Below, piece after piece: positions 1 to 11,449 of a stretch of DNA of 64,000 nucleotides (the stretch's first letter is position 1; every line of letters begins with the position of its first letter). The DNA lies in NCBI RefSeq assembly GCF_963921235.1, contig NC_086097.1:201440001-201504000 (forward strand), written 5' to 3'. This stretch comes from Mobula hypostoma. Lineage: Eukaryota. The notes under the pieces were generated by a model. That model was not told where the DNA came from. It ran no database searches and saw only the letters and a list, made by a program, of their open reading frames with translations. The position numbers and the translations under genes are program-made.

Positions 1-364
1 GTTACTTATTTTTATACACACGTTCTTTCTCTCACTCTCCTTTTTCTCCCTCTGTCCCTCTGAATATACCCCTTGCCCATCCTCTGGGTTCCCCCCCCCA
101 CCCCTTGTCTTTCTTCCCGGACCTTCTGTCCCATGATCCTCTCGTATCCCTTTTGCCAATCACCTGTCCAACTCTTGGCTCCATCCCTCCTCCTCCTGTC
201 TTCTCCTATCATTTTGGATCTCCTCCTCCCCCTCCAACTTTCAAATCTCTTTCTCACTCTTCCTTCAGTTAGTCCTGACGAAGGGTCTCGGCCTGAAACG
301 TTGACTGCACCTCTTCCTAGAGATGCTGTCTGGCCTGCTGCATTCACCAGCAGCTTTGATGTGT
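1..364 (+). mobile_element. Penelope-like element 3'/pLTR fragment
   Basis: Near-identical to 25873-26233, which follows a Penelope GIY-YIG C-terminus; contains a hammerhead motif. Confidence 0.8.
271..306 (+). ncRNA. Minimal type I hammerhead ribozyme motif (Penelope-associated)
   Basis: AGTC-CTGACGA-AGG(gtctcgg)CCT-GAAAC-GTT-GACT: stem I AGTC/GACT, intact core, stem II AGG/CCT, palindromic ACGT stem III, GUU triplet. Confidence 0.75.
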
Positions 365-1165
365 AAAATAAAATTAGAAATGGGGAATAGCAACAGAAAG
401 TCTTAAGATAGTGGGCCAATCTGATCGGCCCATCTTGTACCATAGAAAAAAGACATTCAATTCAAATTTGTAGATAAGAATTAGCCAATCTGATACTGCA
501 ATACCAAAGCACCTTCCTGAATAATACAAAAAACTATAACCACTAGGGGGCCCAATGAACTTGTTACATCCACCTGTTAGGGTGCATTCTCCAGATACCT
601 TATAAGGTAACCGTAGCCTTCAGCCAGGAGGAGATGTCATTAGGTGGTTCCCAACCTTCACGGAGTGTTTTGACCCTTAACCACGACCCACTCCAGTTGG
701 TGGGCCGGCAGTGGTGGCCAATTCACTGCGCATCTGTTCTTGGCTTCCAGCTTCCCGCCTCTCGCCTACTCCAAATCCAACAAGAGGCTCGTTCTGCTTC
801 TTCCCCCATCCTACAAGCTGCTTGTTTTTTCCCTTTCGTCCAGGCCTAGAGCTGACAACAGCCACCATGCTGATTTGGCTGGGAAACCTCTGCAGCTGAT
901 CTCCACAAGGAACAACCATGCCTGCCATCCCTTGTCTTTGCACTCCTGCACTAAAGGCTGGTACTTCAAGGCCGTTCTCTTGTGGGCCTCTTCTCATCCC
1001 TCCTCCGGCGGCACAGTCAGCTCAACCAGAATTATTTTCCTGTCTTCAGTATGCTGTGACCATGAGAAGACAGACTGAAAAATTTCATGTAGGTAGATAT
1101 TTATAAGCAGGCATAAAAATAGATAAATTGCAAAGAAAATAACAATTATATAGTCTAATCCAAAA
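365..1165 (-). repeat. ERV 3' LTR, interrupted by a HERO fragment and cut by a Penelope element
   Basis: ~412-570 aligns by eye with ~10730-10900 and ~1066-1165 with ~10917-11028; ends AATCCAAAA next to the PPT. Confidence 0.75.
570..1062 (-). mobile_element. 5'-truncated HERO-like RLE non-LTR retrotransposon inserted in the ERV 3' LTR
   Basis: Minus-strand translation DRKIILVELTVPPEEG*EEAHKRTALKYQPLVQECKDKGWQAWLFLVEISCRGF is homologous to the RLE domain at 11726-12106; segment absent from the 5' LTR. Confidence 0.8.
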
Positions 1166-1176
1166 TTCTCTCCTTT
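1166..1176 (-). promoter_or_regulatory. ERV polypurine tract
   Basis: Minus strand AAAGGAGAGAA immediately precedes the 3' LTR. Confidence 0.7.
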
Positions 1177-1303
1177 GATTCTAAATCACACATTTAGAAT
1201 CATTACAGTACATCTGAAAATTCAGAGGCAGAAAAAATTATGGTATCTATGTGGTATAAAATATTCAAAAAATTACCAAGGTTATGGAAATATCAAAGGG
1301 TAT

Positions 1304-2465
1304 TCATAGGATTATGTTATTGTTAGATAGGTTAGTAGGCATACTTACGGGAGTTTGAACTACTCTACTTATGATCGCTTTTGTACTAGCAAAAAAGATG
1401 TAAATTATGATAAAGTATATCAGGACAATTATTGTAACTTGTAATAGTGAGTAAATCCAGCTTCCTATGCTTAAATGAACCCAATCAAACAGATCCCATC
1501 CATGACTGATGTATTTTTGCTGTTTCTGTACACATATGATCGCCAAATCAGTTGTCCTCAGACTCATCAGTTACAACACTTCTTGCACATACTTCCACCT
1601 TAACTGCGAAGAGAAAATCTAAAGCCATACGATTTTGAAGAGCCTTCTTACGTACTGCAACTATTTCTGTTGTTACTTTTCCCAAGACATCAGCAGTGTG
1701 ATTGCTTACCCTTTCTAAAACTGCAGCATCATTTTTCATCTCTTATTCTCCTTACAACACCATAAAATGGGAATAAAATTGATGAAAAACGAATTCCTTC
1801 TGCAATGACTTGTTTACTTCTTGACTTGGGAGGTAAAGGTAAAGACTGTGTGTGTCTCATGGCAGAGAAATCCTACCCAAAATAACAAGATCCAAAAGCA
1901 ATTACGTGGAAGTGAGTTGTAGGCTCCATTTCTGCCACATAAAGTATATATTGTTCCCTGAACGTAGACCACTTCTTATTACTCGACAGGAGGTGTTGAA
2001 TTGTAATATTTTTCTGATGGATATTCTCAATGAGAATTTCAGAGTCGTTGCCCCACCTCGGACAATGTAAAACATCATTGCATAAATTATGCCCAACCGG
2101 AATGGTACCTTCTAAACTCAAGCAAAAGATAGCTTTTATAGTGAATGCATGAAAAGATTTAACGATTTTGTCATGAACATTAGGTGCACTTATCGAGATA
2201 AGACAGATATCAGGATAAGACAAGAGTAAGATCAAATATGATATGATTCCCTAATTCATGCTGATTATACTTACATAAATGATCTAGTCCATGCAGTAGG
2301 TGGGGTCATAATCATTGTACATTCATGTCTCCCTTGGAAATAATAAATCATGGGAGTAATGTCAATATCGCCATTGCTGGATTGTGATAATGAACTTTGC
2401 TTAAAAAAGAGGGTATATGTTTCAGTAAGAGATTTGATAAGGTTCCCCATGTAAATCTCCTTCAG
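1304..2465 (-). pseudogene. ERV env remnant, gamma-type
   Basis: Decayed furin site RSKQ then fusion-peptide-like ILFPFYGV (~1755-1825), immunosuppressive motif LQNRMALDFL (ORF 1548-1739), hydrophobic TM segment (ORF 1304-1567); stops and frameshifts. Confidence 0.85.
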
Positions 2466-2467
2466 AT

Positions 2468-3530
2468 AGTAAGGAGGCATGGGATCCAAGGAGACCTTGC
2501 TTTATGGATCTAGAATACGGTGATTGTAGATAATTTGTATTCTGCATGGAGGTCAGTGACTGGTGGTGTTCCGCAGGGATCTGTTCTGGGACGACTGTTT
2601 GTGATTTTTATTAATGACCTGGTTGAAGAAGTAGAAAGGTGGGTTAGTAAGTTTGCTGATGCCACAAGTTGGGGGTGTTGTGGCTAGTCTGGACAGTTGT
2701 CAGAGGAGGCAGAACTGGGCTGAGAAGTAGCAGATAGACTTCAACCCAGATAAGTGTGAAGTTGTTCATTTTGGTAGAAACAATTTGAAGACAAAATATA
2801 ATATAAATGGTAAGACTCCTGGCAGTGTGGAGGATCTTGGGGATCTATAGGACACTCAAAGCTGCTGCACAGGTTGACAGTATTGTCAGGAAGGCATAGT
2901 GTGTTGGCATTCATCAACCATGGGATTGAGTTCAAGAGCCGTGAGGTCATGTGACAGCTGTATAAGACCTTGGTCAGACCCCACTTGGAGTACTGTGTTC
3001 AGTTCTGGTCACCTAACTACAGGAAGGATGTGGATACTATAGAGAGAGTGCAGAGGAGATTTACCAGGATATTGCCTGGATTGGAGGGTGTACCTTATGA
3101 GAATAGGTTGAGTGTATTTGGCCTTTTCTCCTTGGAGCGATGGAGGATGAGAGGTGACCTGATAGAGCTGCATAAGATTATGGGGGGGTATTGATCATGT
3201 GGATAGTCAGATGCTTTTTCCCAGGGCTGAAATGGCCAACACAAGGGGCATAGTTTTAAGGTGCTTGGAAGTAGGTACTGAGGGGATGTCAGGGGTAAGT
3301 TTTTCACACAGAGAGTGGTGGGTGCGTGGACTGGGCTGCCAGCCACAGTGGTGGAAGCGGATACAATAGTCTTTTAAGAGCCTCTTAGATAAGTACAAGG
3401 AGCTTAGAAAAATGGAGGGCTATGCGCTAGGGAAATTCTAGGCAGTTTCTAGAATAGGTTACACAGTCGGCATAACATTGTGGGCCAAAGAGCCTATAAT
3501 GTGCTGTAAATTTCTATGTTCTGTGTTAGT
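2468..3530 (+). mobile_element. CR1 LINE 3' fragment inserted in the ERV
   Basis: KFAD-type RT sequence, VRPHLEYCVQFWSP, TTCTATGT tail. Confidence 0.9.
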
Positions 3531-3699
3531 TTATGTTACGTTTGTTCTGGATCTACATGCATGCTTCATTGGTGAATATTAGGAGTGTACAGTATATATT
3601 GAAATACCCAACAGCTAGAAACATAGACAGCATCAGCAAATTCATGTGATACTCACAAGTGTACCTTAATTCATTTTAATTGGCACGTTGTGAGTAGTA

Positions 3700-5230
3700 G
3701 CAATTGGCAAAAATGTAACAACAAATAATGTTAGAATAAACTTCATAATGTCCAGTAGCTGTCAACTCTGAAGTCTTCTGGCTGGTTAGTGATTTGCTCA
3801 GTGTAGCCCAGCACTGAGTCAGAGGTTACCATCACACTAACTATAGCACTTGTTCTCATTCGATACCACTTTATTTCACTGGCAGTGGCACGTGTGTATC
3901 CACTTTTACCTTATATTCTCACTGCCGAAGTAGTAATTAACAGCACTTGGTAAGATCTTCCCATCGAGCTCCCAGTGGTTCTTTATGACTCATGTCATAT
4001 ATCCATGCTCCATCACTGTTTAACTTCCCAGCATTCTCCATCCAGAACTACTTTTCCTGGTTAGAGCACTGAGCTTGCTTGCATCTCTGGAATATCTTGT
4101 GATATAGAGTAAACTTTGTTTCCATAATTTCATTTGTCAGGTTCACTGCATACATTCTCAGTTCTTCTTTCAATTCTTTGACATTTTAACTTCCTTTACT
4201 TCTTTATTTCTTCCCATGCTGCCCTTTCTGCAATTCCATCCACGAATGCATTTCCATGGCTTTCCATCACAGTATTCTTCTGCTGTCAATTGTATGACAT
4301 ATGTGAATCTTGTACTAGTTGACTATTCTAGTCTGGGGTTCCAACAGCCATAAGAAATCCCCTTTGTTTCCATGTTTCCAAAAGCATAAATAAGACCAAA
4401 AACATATCAATAATCAGTGTAAATATCTGCTGATCTTTCTTCTACCATCTTACAAACTTCAGTCAGAACTTTCAGTTCTGCCTGTTGCACAGAAGTACCA
4501 GGAGCATGCTTCTTAATGCCAGCATTTAAGTTTCAGAAACAGTGACTCATCCAGCCACTCAAATTTCTTTCTCAATTATTGAGGTTCTGGAAACATAGAA
4601 ACCTAGAAACATAGAAAACCTACAGCACAATACAGGTCCTTCGGCCCACAATACTGTGCCAAACATGTACTTACTTTGGAAATTACTTAGGGTTACCCAT
4701 AGCCCTATATTTTTCTAAGCTCCATGTACCTATCCAGGAGTCCCTTAAAAGACCTGTTGGTGTACAGAATTATATCTCTGGCAGCATAATAACCAACAGG
4801 ACACTGTTGCTCTCCATGTTCTTGAGTTAAGACTGTCATTATAAACTTCTCATTGACATACAGGGTACCTGTATCAGGGATTCCTATTACATGTGCATAA
4901 TACCATGTTGTCTTTAAAGTTTGAAATGCTTTCAATTGTTATTCATTGAGTCACAAAGTCATCTCAGCGCTTACTATCCTTCAGCAGATTATTGAGACGT
5001 TGGACAATTTCAGCATATGAATTAACCCAGAAATGAAAGTGGCTTTGCTGACTTAATGGCTTTTGCACGATTCTCAGTGATTTCCACTTACCTTGGGAAA
5101 TTTTCTGTCCCAAGTTAATTACTACTTCTAGTTGCAATTGTATCTTGCTTTGTGACCTTTGGAGGATAGATAATCGAACTAATAAATTACATCATGTTCA
5201 TGCTAGTCTGTAGCTTTGGATGCAATCAGG
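3700..5230 (-). pseudogene. ERV pol remnant (RT C-terminal half, connection, RNase H, probable integrase traces)
   Basis: VLIASK at ~5214-5230, VLTQEHGEQQCPVGYYA, QQAELKVL...ADIYTD, HGNAFVDGIAE; interrupted by a CR1 3' end at ~4590-4757. Confidence 0.75.
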
Positions 5231-5704
5231 ACATAAGACCATAAAATATAGGAACAGAATTAGGCAACAAATTCGACAGATTTACCACTCTCTGGCTAAA
5301 GAAATTCCTCCTTATCTCCGTTCTAAGATGACACCCCTTTATTCTGAGGCTGCGTCCTCTGGTCTTCGACTCCCCCAACATAGAAAACATCTTCTCCACA
5401 ACCATTCTATTGAGGCCTTTCAACATTCGATGGGTTTCAATGAGGTCGCTCCTCAACCTTCTGAATTCCACTGAGTACAGGCTTAGAACCATTAAACACC
5501 CTCATACTATATGACAAGCCTTTCAATCCCAGAATAATTTCCATGAACCTTCTGTGAACATTCTCCAGTGTCAGCACATTCTTTCTGAGATAAGGGACCC
5601 AAAACTGCTCTTAATACTCCAAGTGAGGCCTCACCAGTGCTTTATAAACCCTCAACATTACATCCTTGCTTTTATATTCTAGTCCTTTTGAAATTAATGC
5701 TAAC

Positions 5705-5930
5705 ATCAGAATCAGGTTTATTATCACCGGCATGTGTTGTGAAATTTGTCAATTTAGCAGCAGTAGTACAATGTAATACATGATAATATAAAAAGGGGAA
5801 AAATAAATCAATCAATCCATTAATGTAAGTATATGTATGTATATTAAGTAGATTATAATAGTGCAAAAACATAAGTAATATATTTTTTAGAAGTGAAGTA
5901 GTGTTCATGGGTTCAATGCCCTTGACATTG
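5705..5930 (-). mobile_element. Rex1/Babar-like LINE 3' end nested in CR1
   Basis: cagaatcaggtttattatcacc start shared with 61857 onward, which carries a Rex1-like ORF. Confidence 0.65.
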
Positions 5931-8919
5931 TCATATAATGTAAAAAGAATGCTCCCAGCACGGACCATTGTGGAAAACCACCGGTCACCGGCAGCCAGCC
6001 AGAAAATGCTCCCTTTATTCCCACTTTTTTCCTCCTGCTAATCAACTAATGCTTTATTCATGCTAGTATCTTTCCTGTAATACCATGAGCTCTTGTTAAG
6101 CAGTCTTATTTGTGGCACCTTGTCAAGGCTCTACGGAAAATCGAAGTACATGACATCCACCAATACTTCTTTGTCTATCCTGCTTATTATTTCTTAAAAT
6201 AATTCCAACAGATTTATCAGGCAAGATTTTCCCTTAAGGAAATAGACTACAGCCTTTTTTATCATGTGCCTCCAAGTACCCTGAAACCACATGCTTAACA
6301 ATTGATTCCAACATCTTCCCAACTACCGAGTTCAAACTAACTGCCCTATAATTTACTATCTTCTGCCTCTCTCCCTTTTTGAGGAGTGGGGTGACATTTG
6401 CAATTTTTCACCCTTCCAGAACCATTCCAGAATTTAGTGATTTTTGAAAGATCATTACTAATCCCTTCAGCCACCTCTTTCAGAACTCTGGGGTGTAGAC
6501 CATCTGGTCCAGGTGTCTTCTCTACTTTCAGACCTTTCAGTTTCCCGGGAACCTTCTCCATAGTAATGGCATTTTCACACACTTCTACCCCCTAACAATT
6601 TCAAACTTCTGGCATACTGCTAGTGTTTTCCACAGTGAAGCTTGATGCAAAATACTTATTCAGTTCATCCGCCATTTCTATGTTCCCCAGTACTACCTCT
6701 CCAACACCATTTTCCAGTGGTCTGATAATTCACTTTCACCTCTCTTTTACAGGGTGTGCTTCTGAAGAAACTTTTGGTAACTTCTTTAATATTATTGGCT
6801 ACCTTACCTTCTTTAATATTATTGGCTACCTTACCTTCATATTCTATCTTTTCCTTCTTAATGACTTTTTGTAGTTGCCTTCTGTTGGTTTTTAGAAGCC
6901 TCCCAATCCTCTAACTTCCCACTAATTTGTGCTTCATTGTATGCCCTTTCTTTGGTTTTTATGTTGGTTTTAACTTCTCTTGTTAGCCACGGTTGTGTCA
7001 TTGTTCCTTCAAAATACTTCTTCCTCTTTGGGATGTATATATCCTGTGCGTTCAAATTGCTTCCGGAAATTCCAGACGTTATTACTCCTGTCGTTATCAC
7101 TGCCAGGGATCTTTTCCAATCAATTTTGGCCAGTTTCTCTTTTATGTCTCTAATTCCCTTTACTCCACTATAATGCTGATACATCTGACTTTATCTTGTC
7201 CTTCTCAAATTTCAAGGTGAATTCTATCATATTATGATTACTTTCTCCTCAGGGTTCTTTTACCTTAAGCTCTTTAATCAATTGCACAACAGCTAGTCCA
7301 GTATAGTTAATACCCTCATGGGCTCAACTGGAGCTGCTCTAAAAAGCCATCTTGTAGGCATTCTAGAAATTTCCCCTCTTCACATGCAGCACCAACCTGA
7401 TTTTTCCAATCTACCTGCATATTGAAAGCCCCATGACCATTACAACATTGCCTTTTTGACATGCATTTTCTATCTCCTGTTGTAACTTGTACTGTTTAGG
7501 GGTCTGCATCCAACTCCCATCAGGTTCTTTTTACCCTTGCAGTTCCTTAGCTCTATTCGCAATGATTTAACACCTTCCAACCCTATGTCACTTTTTTCCA
7601 ATGATTTGATTTCATTTTTTAGCAACAGAACCACGCCACCCACTCTGCCTAACTGCCTGTCCTTTCAATACAATGTTTATCCTTGGATGTTAAGCTCCGA
7701 GCTACAGTATAATCTTCTTTCAGCCACAATTCAGTGATGCCTACATCATCATACATGCCAATCTGTAACAGTGCAACAAGTTCATCTACCTTGTTCCATA
7801 TACTGTGCACATTCAAATTGACACCTTCAGTAAGCCAGCTACTTCATCCTCAGCCCTATCACTCCAGTTCCTATCCCCTTGTTAAAACTCTTCCAAACTG
7901 TAGCAAACTTGCCTGCAAAGATATTGGTCCCCCTGAGATTCAGGTGTAACCCATCCCTTCTGTACAGGTCATACTTTCCCCAGAAGAGATCCAGATGAGC
8001 CATAATCCTGCCCCCTGCACCGGTTTCTCAGCCACACACTGACCTGCTAATTTATCCTATTCCTTACCCTCACTAGTGCCTGGCGCAATCTGCTACCCTG
8101 GAGGCCCTTTTTTTTTCAGCTTTCTACCTAGCTCCCTAAAATCTCTCTTCAGGACCTCCTCACCTTTTCTACCTATGTCATTGGTGCCAATATGTACTAA
8201 GACTTCTGGCTGCTCACCCTCCCCCTTTAGAATGCCATGGACCTGATCTGAGACATCCCTGACCATGGCACTTGGGTGGCAACTCTCCATCACATCCACA
8301 GAAACTTGTCTCTGTTCCTCTGATTACCACATCTCCTGTCACCACTGCAGTCCTTCTCGCCTCTCTTTTCTGAGCTGCAGCACTAGACTCAGTGCCAGTC
8401 ACTGTAGCTCCCCCTGTTAGTCAATCCCCCTCAACAGTATCTAAAATGGTATACTTATTATTGAGTGGTCCGGCCACAGGGGCACTCTGCATTTCTCTTC
8501 CTTCTCCTGCCACTCACCCGATTACCCAGGCTCCTGCAACTTACAGGTGACTACCTCCCTGTACCTCCTATCTATCTCCTCCTCATTCCCCTGTAGAAGC
8601 CAAAGGTTATTGAGCTGCAGCTCCAGTTACTTAATATGTTCTGTGAGGAGCTGCAGCTCGGTTCACCTGGTGCAGATGTGGTTATCCCAAAACTCCCACA
8701 TCTCCTACATAGCACAAAACACTGCCCTGGAGCCATTCTCACTGCACTACTATGCCCTAATAGACTAGAATGAAGAAATAAGAACAAAAAGAGGAAATTA
8801 CAGATACTTAACCTCGCCCAAACCTGATTAGCCAAAGCCACTCCAAACACTGGCCCTCTTACAGTAATGGCTGCTCCGCTTGTGCTGGCATTATTTTTAT
8901 TCACCCTTTGTAATGAATC

Positions 8920-9160
8920 CCACTTGGTGGCTAGTTGCAGTCCAACTCTGGAAAAACTGATGCAACTTTCTGCCTTTTTAATCTTGAGTGCAGACCTGAT
9001 TGAAAAGATAGCTCTGTTCATGTACTCCCGCTTGGTGAATAGTCGCAATCCAACTCCTAAAAACTTGCCGTGAAGTTCTGCATTTTTAATCTTAAGTGCA
9101 GACTTGATTGAAAAGGTGGCTCTGTTCACATACGCCCACTGGGTGAATGGTCGCAGTTCA
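8920..9160. repeat. ~108-bp tandem repeat (about 2.3 copies) in the CR1 5' UTR
   Basis: ttttaatctt(g/a)agtgcagac(c/t)tgattgaaaag recurs at 108-nt spacing; appears as a 36-aa repeat in ORF 8572-9282. Confidence 0.75.
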
Positions 9161-9495
9161 ACATCATCCATATATGGTATGGTAGTCGAATCAATAGCTG
9201 GTAAGTCTCTCAGATGCTGTTTCAAAGCCATGTGATAGACGTGGGACTGTTGTGGAGCTTTTGTGGTAGCCTCATCCACCACTATCGTTGACCATCAGCT
9301 ATGAAAGCCAACCACAGTTGACATTCGAACACAAGTGGTACAGTGAATGTAAACAACTTGTGTGATTGCTTCAAGGCATTGAACATAGTTAATAGATCTG
9401 CCACATGAGGGATTAGCTTGTCAATACATCGATTAACAATTCAGTGATCCAGTGTCAGTCTCCTTTCATAGGTTCCATCTTCAGTTTTGTGTGTC
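9161..9495 (-). pseudogene. ERV reverse transcriptase N-terminal half
   Basis: RLTLDH*IVN, WMRLPQKLHNSP, STTIPYMDDV (YMDD at 9163-9174). Confidence 0.85.
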
Positions 9496-10527
9496 TTCAC
9501 TCCCTCGGCCTTTATTATGACAGCTGCCAATCCTATTCTTTCATCACTGTCATCCTGGTTTAAGCCGCTAGAGGCCGCTGTAGAGTCCATGTCATGTCCA
9601 TCCTGTAATTTCTCAGAGTTCAGATGGTGGCTCTGTCTCAGAGGACTGCTCCATGTAGGGGGAGTTTCCTAAGGAGAAGCATCAGGAAAAAGTTTCACTG
9701 GCAGAACCTGCCACTTGAGGTTCCTGCTCGGGTTTTTGATATTGCTTCAGTGTGCTTCTTTAACTCCATACAGTGCATTTTGATTCAATTACACTTATCA
9801 TGTTTTTTAATTACAGAAATTTAACACAGAAATTTGCTGTTTAGACTTTTTACTGTCTGTCATATATTTTTGTAGTTTATTTCATGTTTCACTTTTCTTT
9901 CCATATTGATCAGTAAACATCTTTGGTCACCCCGTTAACTTTTTCATTCTCACACGTTCGATCAAACTGACCACGCACTTGTATCCTTAACTCACACAAA
10001 CCAGTTTTTTTTCCCTTTTTTCTCAGGAATTCTCTAGATCATATGACATCTTAATAAGGTTAACACTGGTATTTTTCATTCAGATTTTTTCAGTAACATT
10101 ATCAAACTGAGATGTTTTATTCAGGTAAGAGCTCGGTTTCACGACTTTGGCCATTGGCTTAATTCAATTTTGTGTAATACTTGATTTGTATGTACTTTTT
10201 ATTACTTTGACAAAAATCCAACATTATATCCCAATATTGATCCCTCTGGCTTGTACGAATTTAAATATTTCTCTGTACCCCACTGGCTTTAATCGGAACA
10301 CGATTATTAATTTCAGTGCCGGTCTTTTATACAGATCACTTTTTAAAAATAGCAACATATTTCCTCGCTTCTACACTTCCATTCCATGAAATGATATATT
10401 GAAGCAGAACTAAGTGGTTCTCTCAAACAATCTGGAAGTAGAGAGAGCTCTAACCTCTTTTTAAGTTCAGTGGTGAAAATTTCCACTTTTTCTGAGCTTC
10501 TTCTGAATCCTTAAATCTTCATAACCG

Positions 10528-10545
10528 TCCTTGTCAACTATGCCA
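10528..10545 (-). promoter_or_regulatory. ERV primer-binding site, tRNA-Ser-like
   Basis: TGGCATAGTTGACAAGGA, 3 nt after the LTR end CAACA; resembles the recalled tRNA-Ser complement TGGCGTAGTCGGCAGGAT with CpG-type decay. Confidence 0.65.
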
Positions 10546-10548
10546 AAA

Positions 10549-11028
10549 TGTTGGATTCTGGTGTGTTTTGATACAAGGATCTATTGGAAGTCAAGAAAGA
10601 GGCATAAAATCTGTTGCTTCACAATCTTTTTATTAAGTGTTAATGGAACAAAGAGAATTGGAAACGAGTAGCAAGAGGGTAGTAAGGAAAGGAAAAGAAG
10701 AAATAAAGAACAGAAAAAGACAAGATGGAGGGCCAATGTGCTCAGCCATCTTACACCATGGATAAGAGACATTCCATTCAAGTTTCTACATCAGAGTTAA
10801 CGAATCAGATAGCCCCTTTTCTAATAATGTGATACCAAAGAAGCTTCCAGAATAATACAAAGATCTGTAACCAGTAGGAGGCAAACTGAACAATTACGTG
10901 TAGTCACTGACTACCGGAAGATATACTGAACAAGTACATGTATGTATATAGGTAATTAAATAAAATACAAGCAGGCATAAGATAGATAAACTGCAAAGAA
11001 AATAACAATTATGTAGTCTAATCCAATG
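10549..11028 (-). repeat. ERV 5' LTR
   Basis: Inverted termini TGTTGGATT...AATCCAA; minus-strand AATAAA at 10629-10634; similarity to 365-1165. Confidence 0.75.
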
Positions 11029-11034
11029 TTAAGT

Positions 11035-11435
11035 ACAACTGCATGAATTTCTGTGATATCTCCAAACTTATTAATCATACATCCTGCATTCACATCTATG
11101 TCACAAACAAGAGTTTCAGCACTGATCCTTGTGGTACACCATTGCTCACAGACTAACAGTCAGAATGCAATGCTCCACTACCACCCTCTGCCTCCCATCA
11201 CCAAGCCAATTTTGGATCTAAGTTAGCACTTTGCTTTGGGTCCCAAGGGCTCTAGTCTTTCAGGCTTACCTATTAAAGGTGGACCTTATCAAAGGCCTTC
11301 CTAAAGTTCATTTAGTTAACATCGACTGCATTGCCCTCATCAGTATATTTAGTTACTTCCTCAACAAGTATTCAATCTAATAAGTAAGACAAGTTTTCAA
11401 CAAACAATGTCATGCTAACTGTAACCAATCCAAAT
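11035..11435 (-). mobile_element. Old CR1 RT fragment
   Basis: gcactgatccttgtggtacacc is the complement of [12 protein letters not shown]-like motif region. Confidence 0.65.
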
Positions 11436-11449
11436 ATATAGTTACAAAA

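Larger units (their letters stand above)
5235..9160 (-). mobile_element. Near full-length degenerate CR1 LINE inserted in the ERV RT gene
   Basis: ORF1 esterase motifs (VVTGD, HIGTNDIGR), ORF2 TPGPDGLHPRVLKE, 3' FFSQRVVNL; flanked by ACAT at 5231-5234 and 9161-9164. Confidence 0.85.
365..11028 (-). mobile_element. Decayed endogenous retrovirus provirus (LTR-gag-pol-env-LTR) with nested insertions
   Basis: Two similar LTR segments, PBS, PPT, RT, RNase H and env motifs in retroviral order on the minus strand. Confidence 0.85.

Noticed and set aside
677..997. Possible accessory ORF within the ERV U3
   Set aside because: Alternative frame of the inserted HERO-like fragment.
1304..2465. Co-opted syncytin-like env
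   Set aside because: Frameshifts, stops, decayed furin site and a CR1 insertion.
6781..6838. 27-bp tandem duplication
   Set aside because: Ordinary slippage duplication in a dead CR1; no spacers, so not CRISPR-like.
8572..9282. 236-aa ORF with YMDD and an internal repeat
   Set aside because: Chance read-through from ERV RT into the CR1 5' UTR repeats; not one gene.
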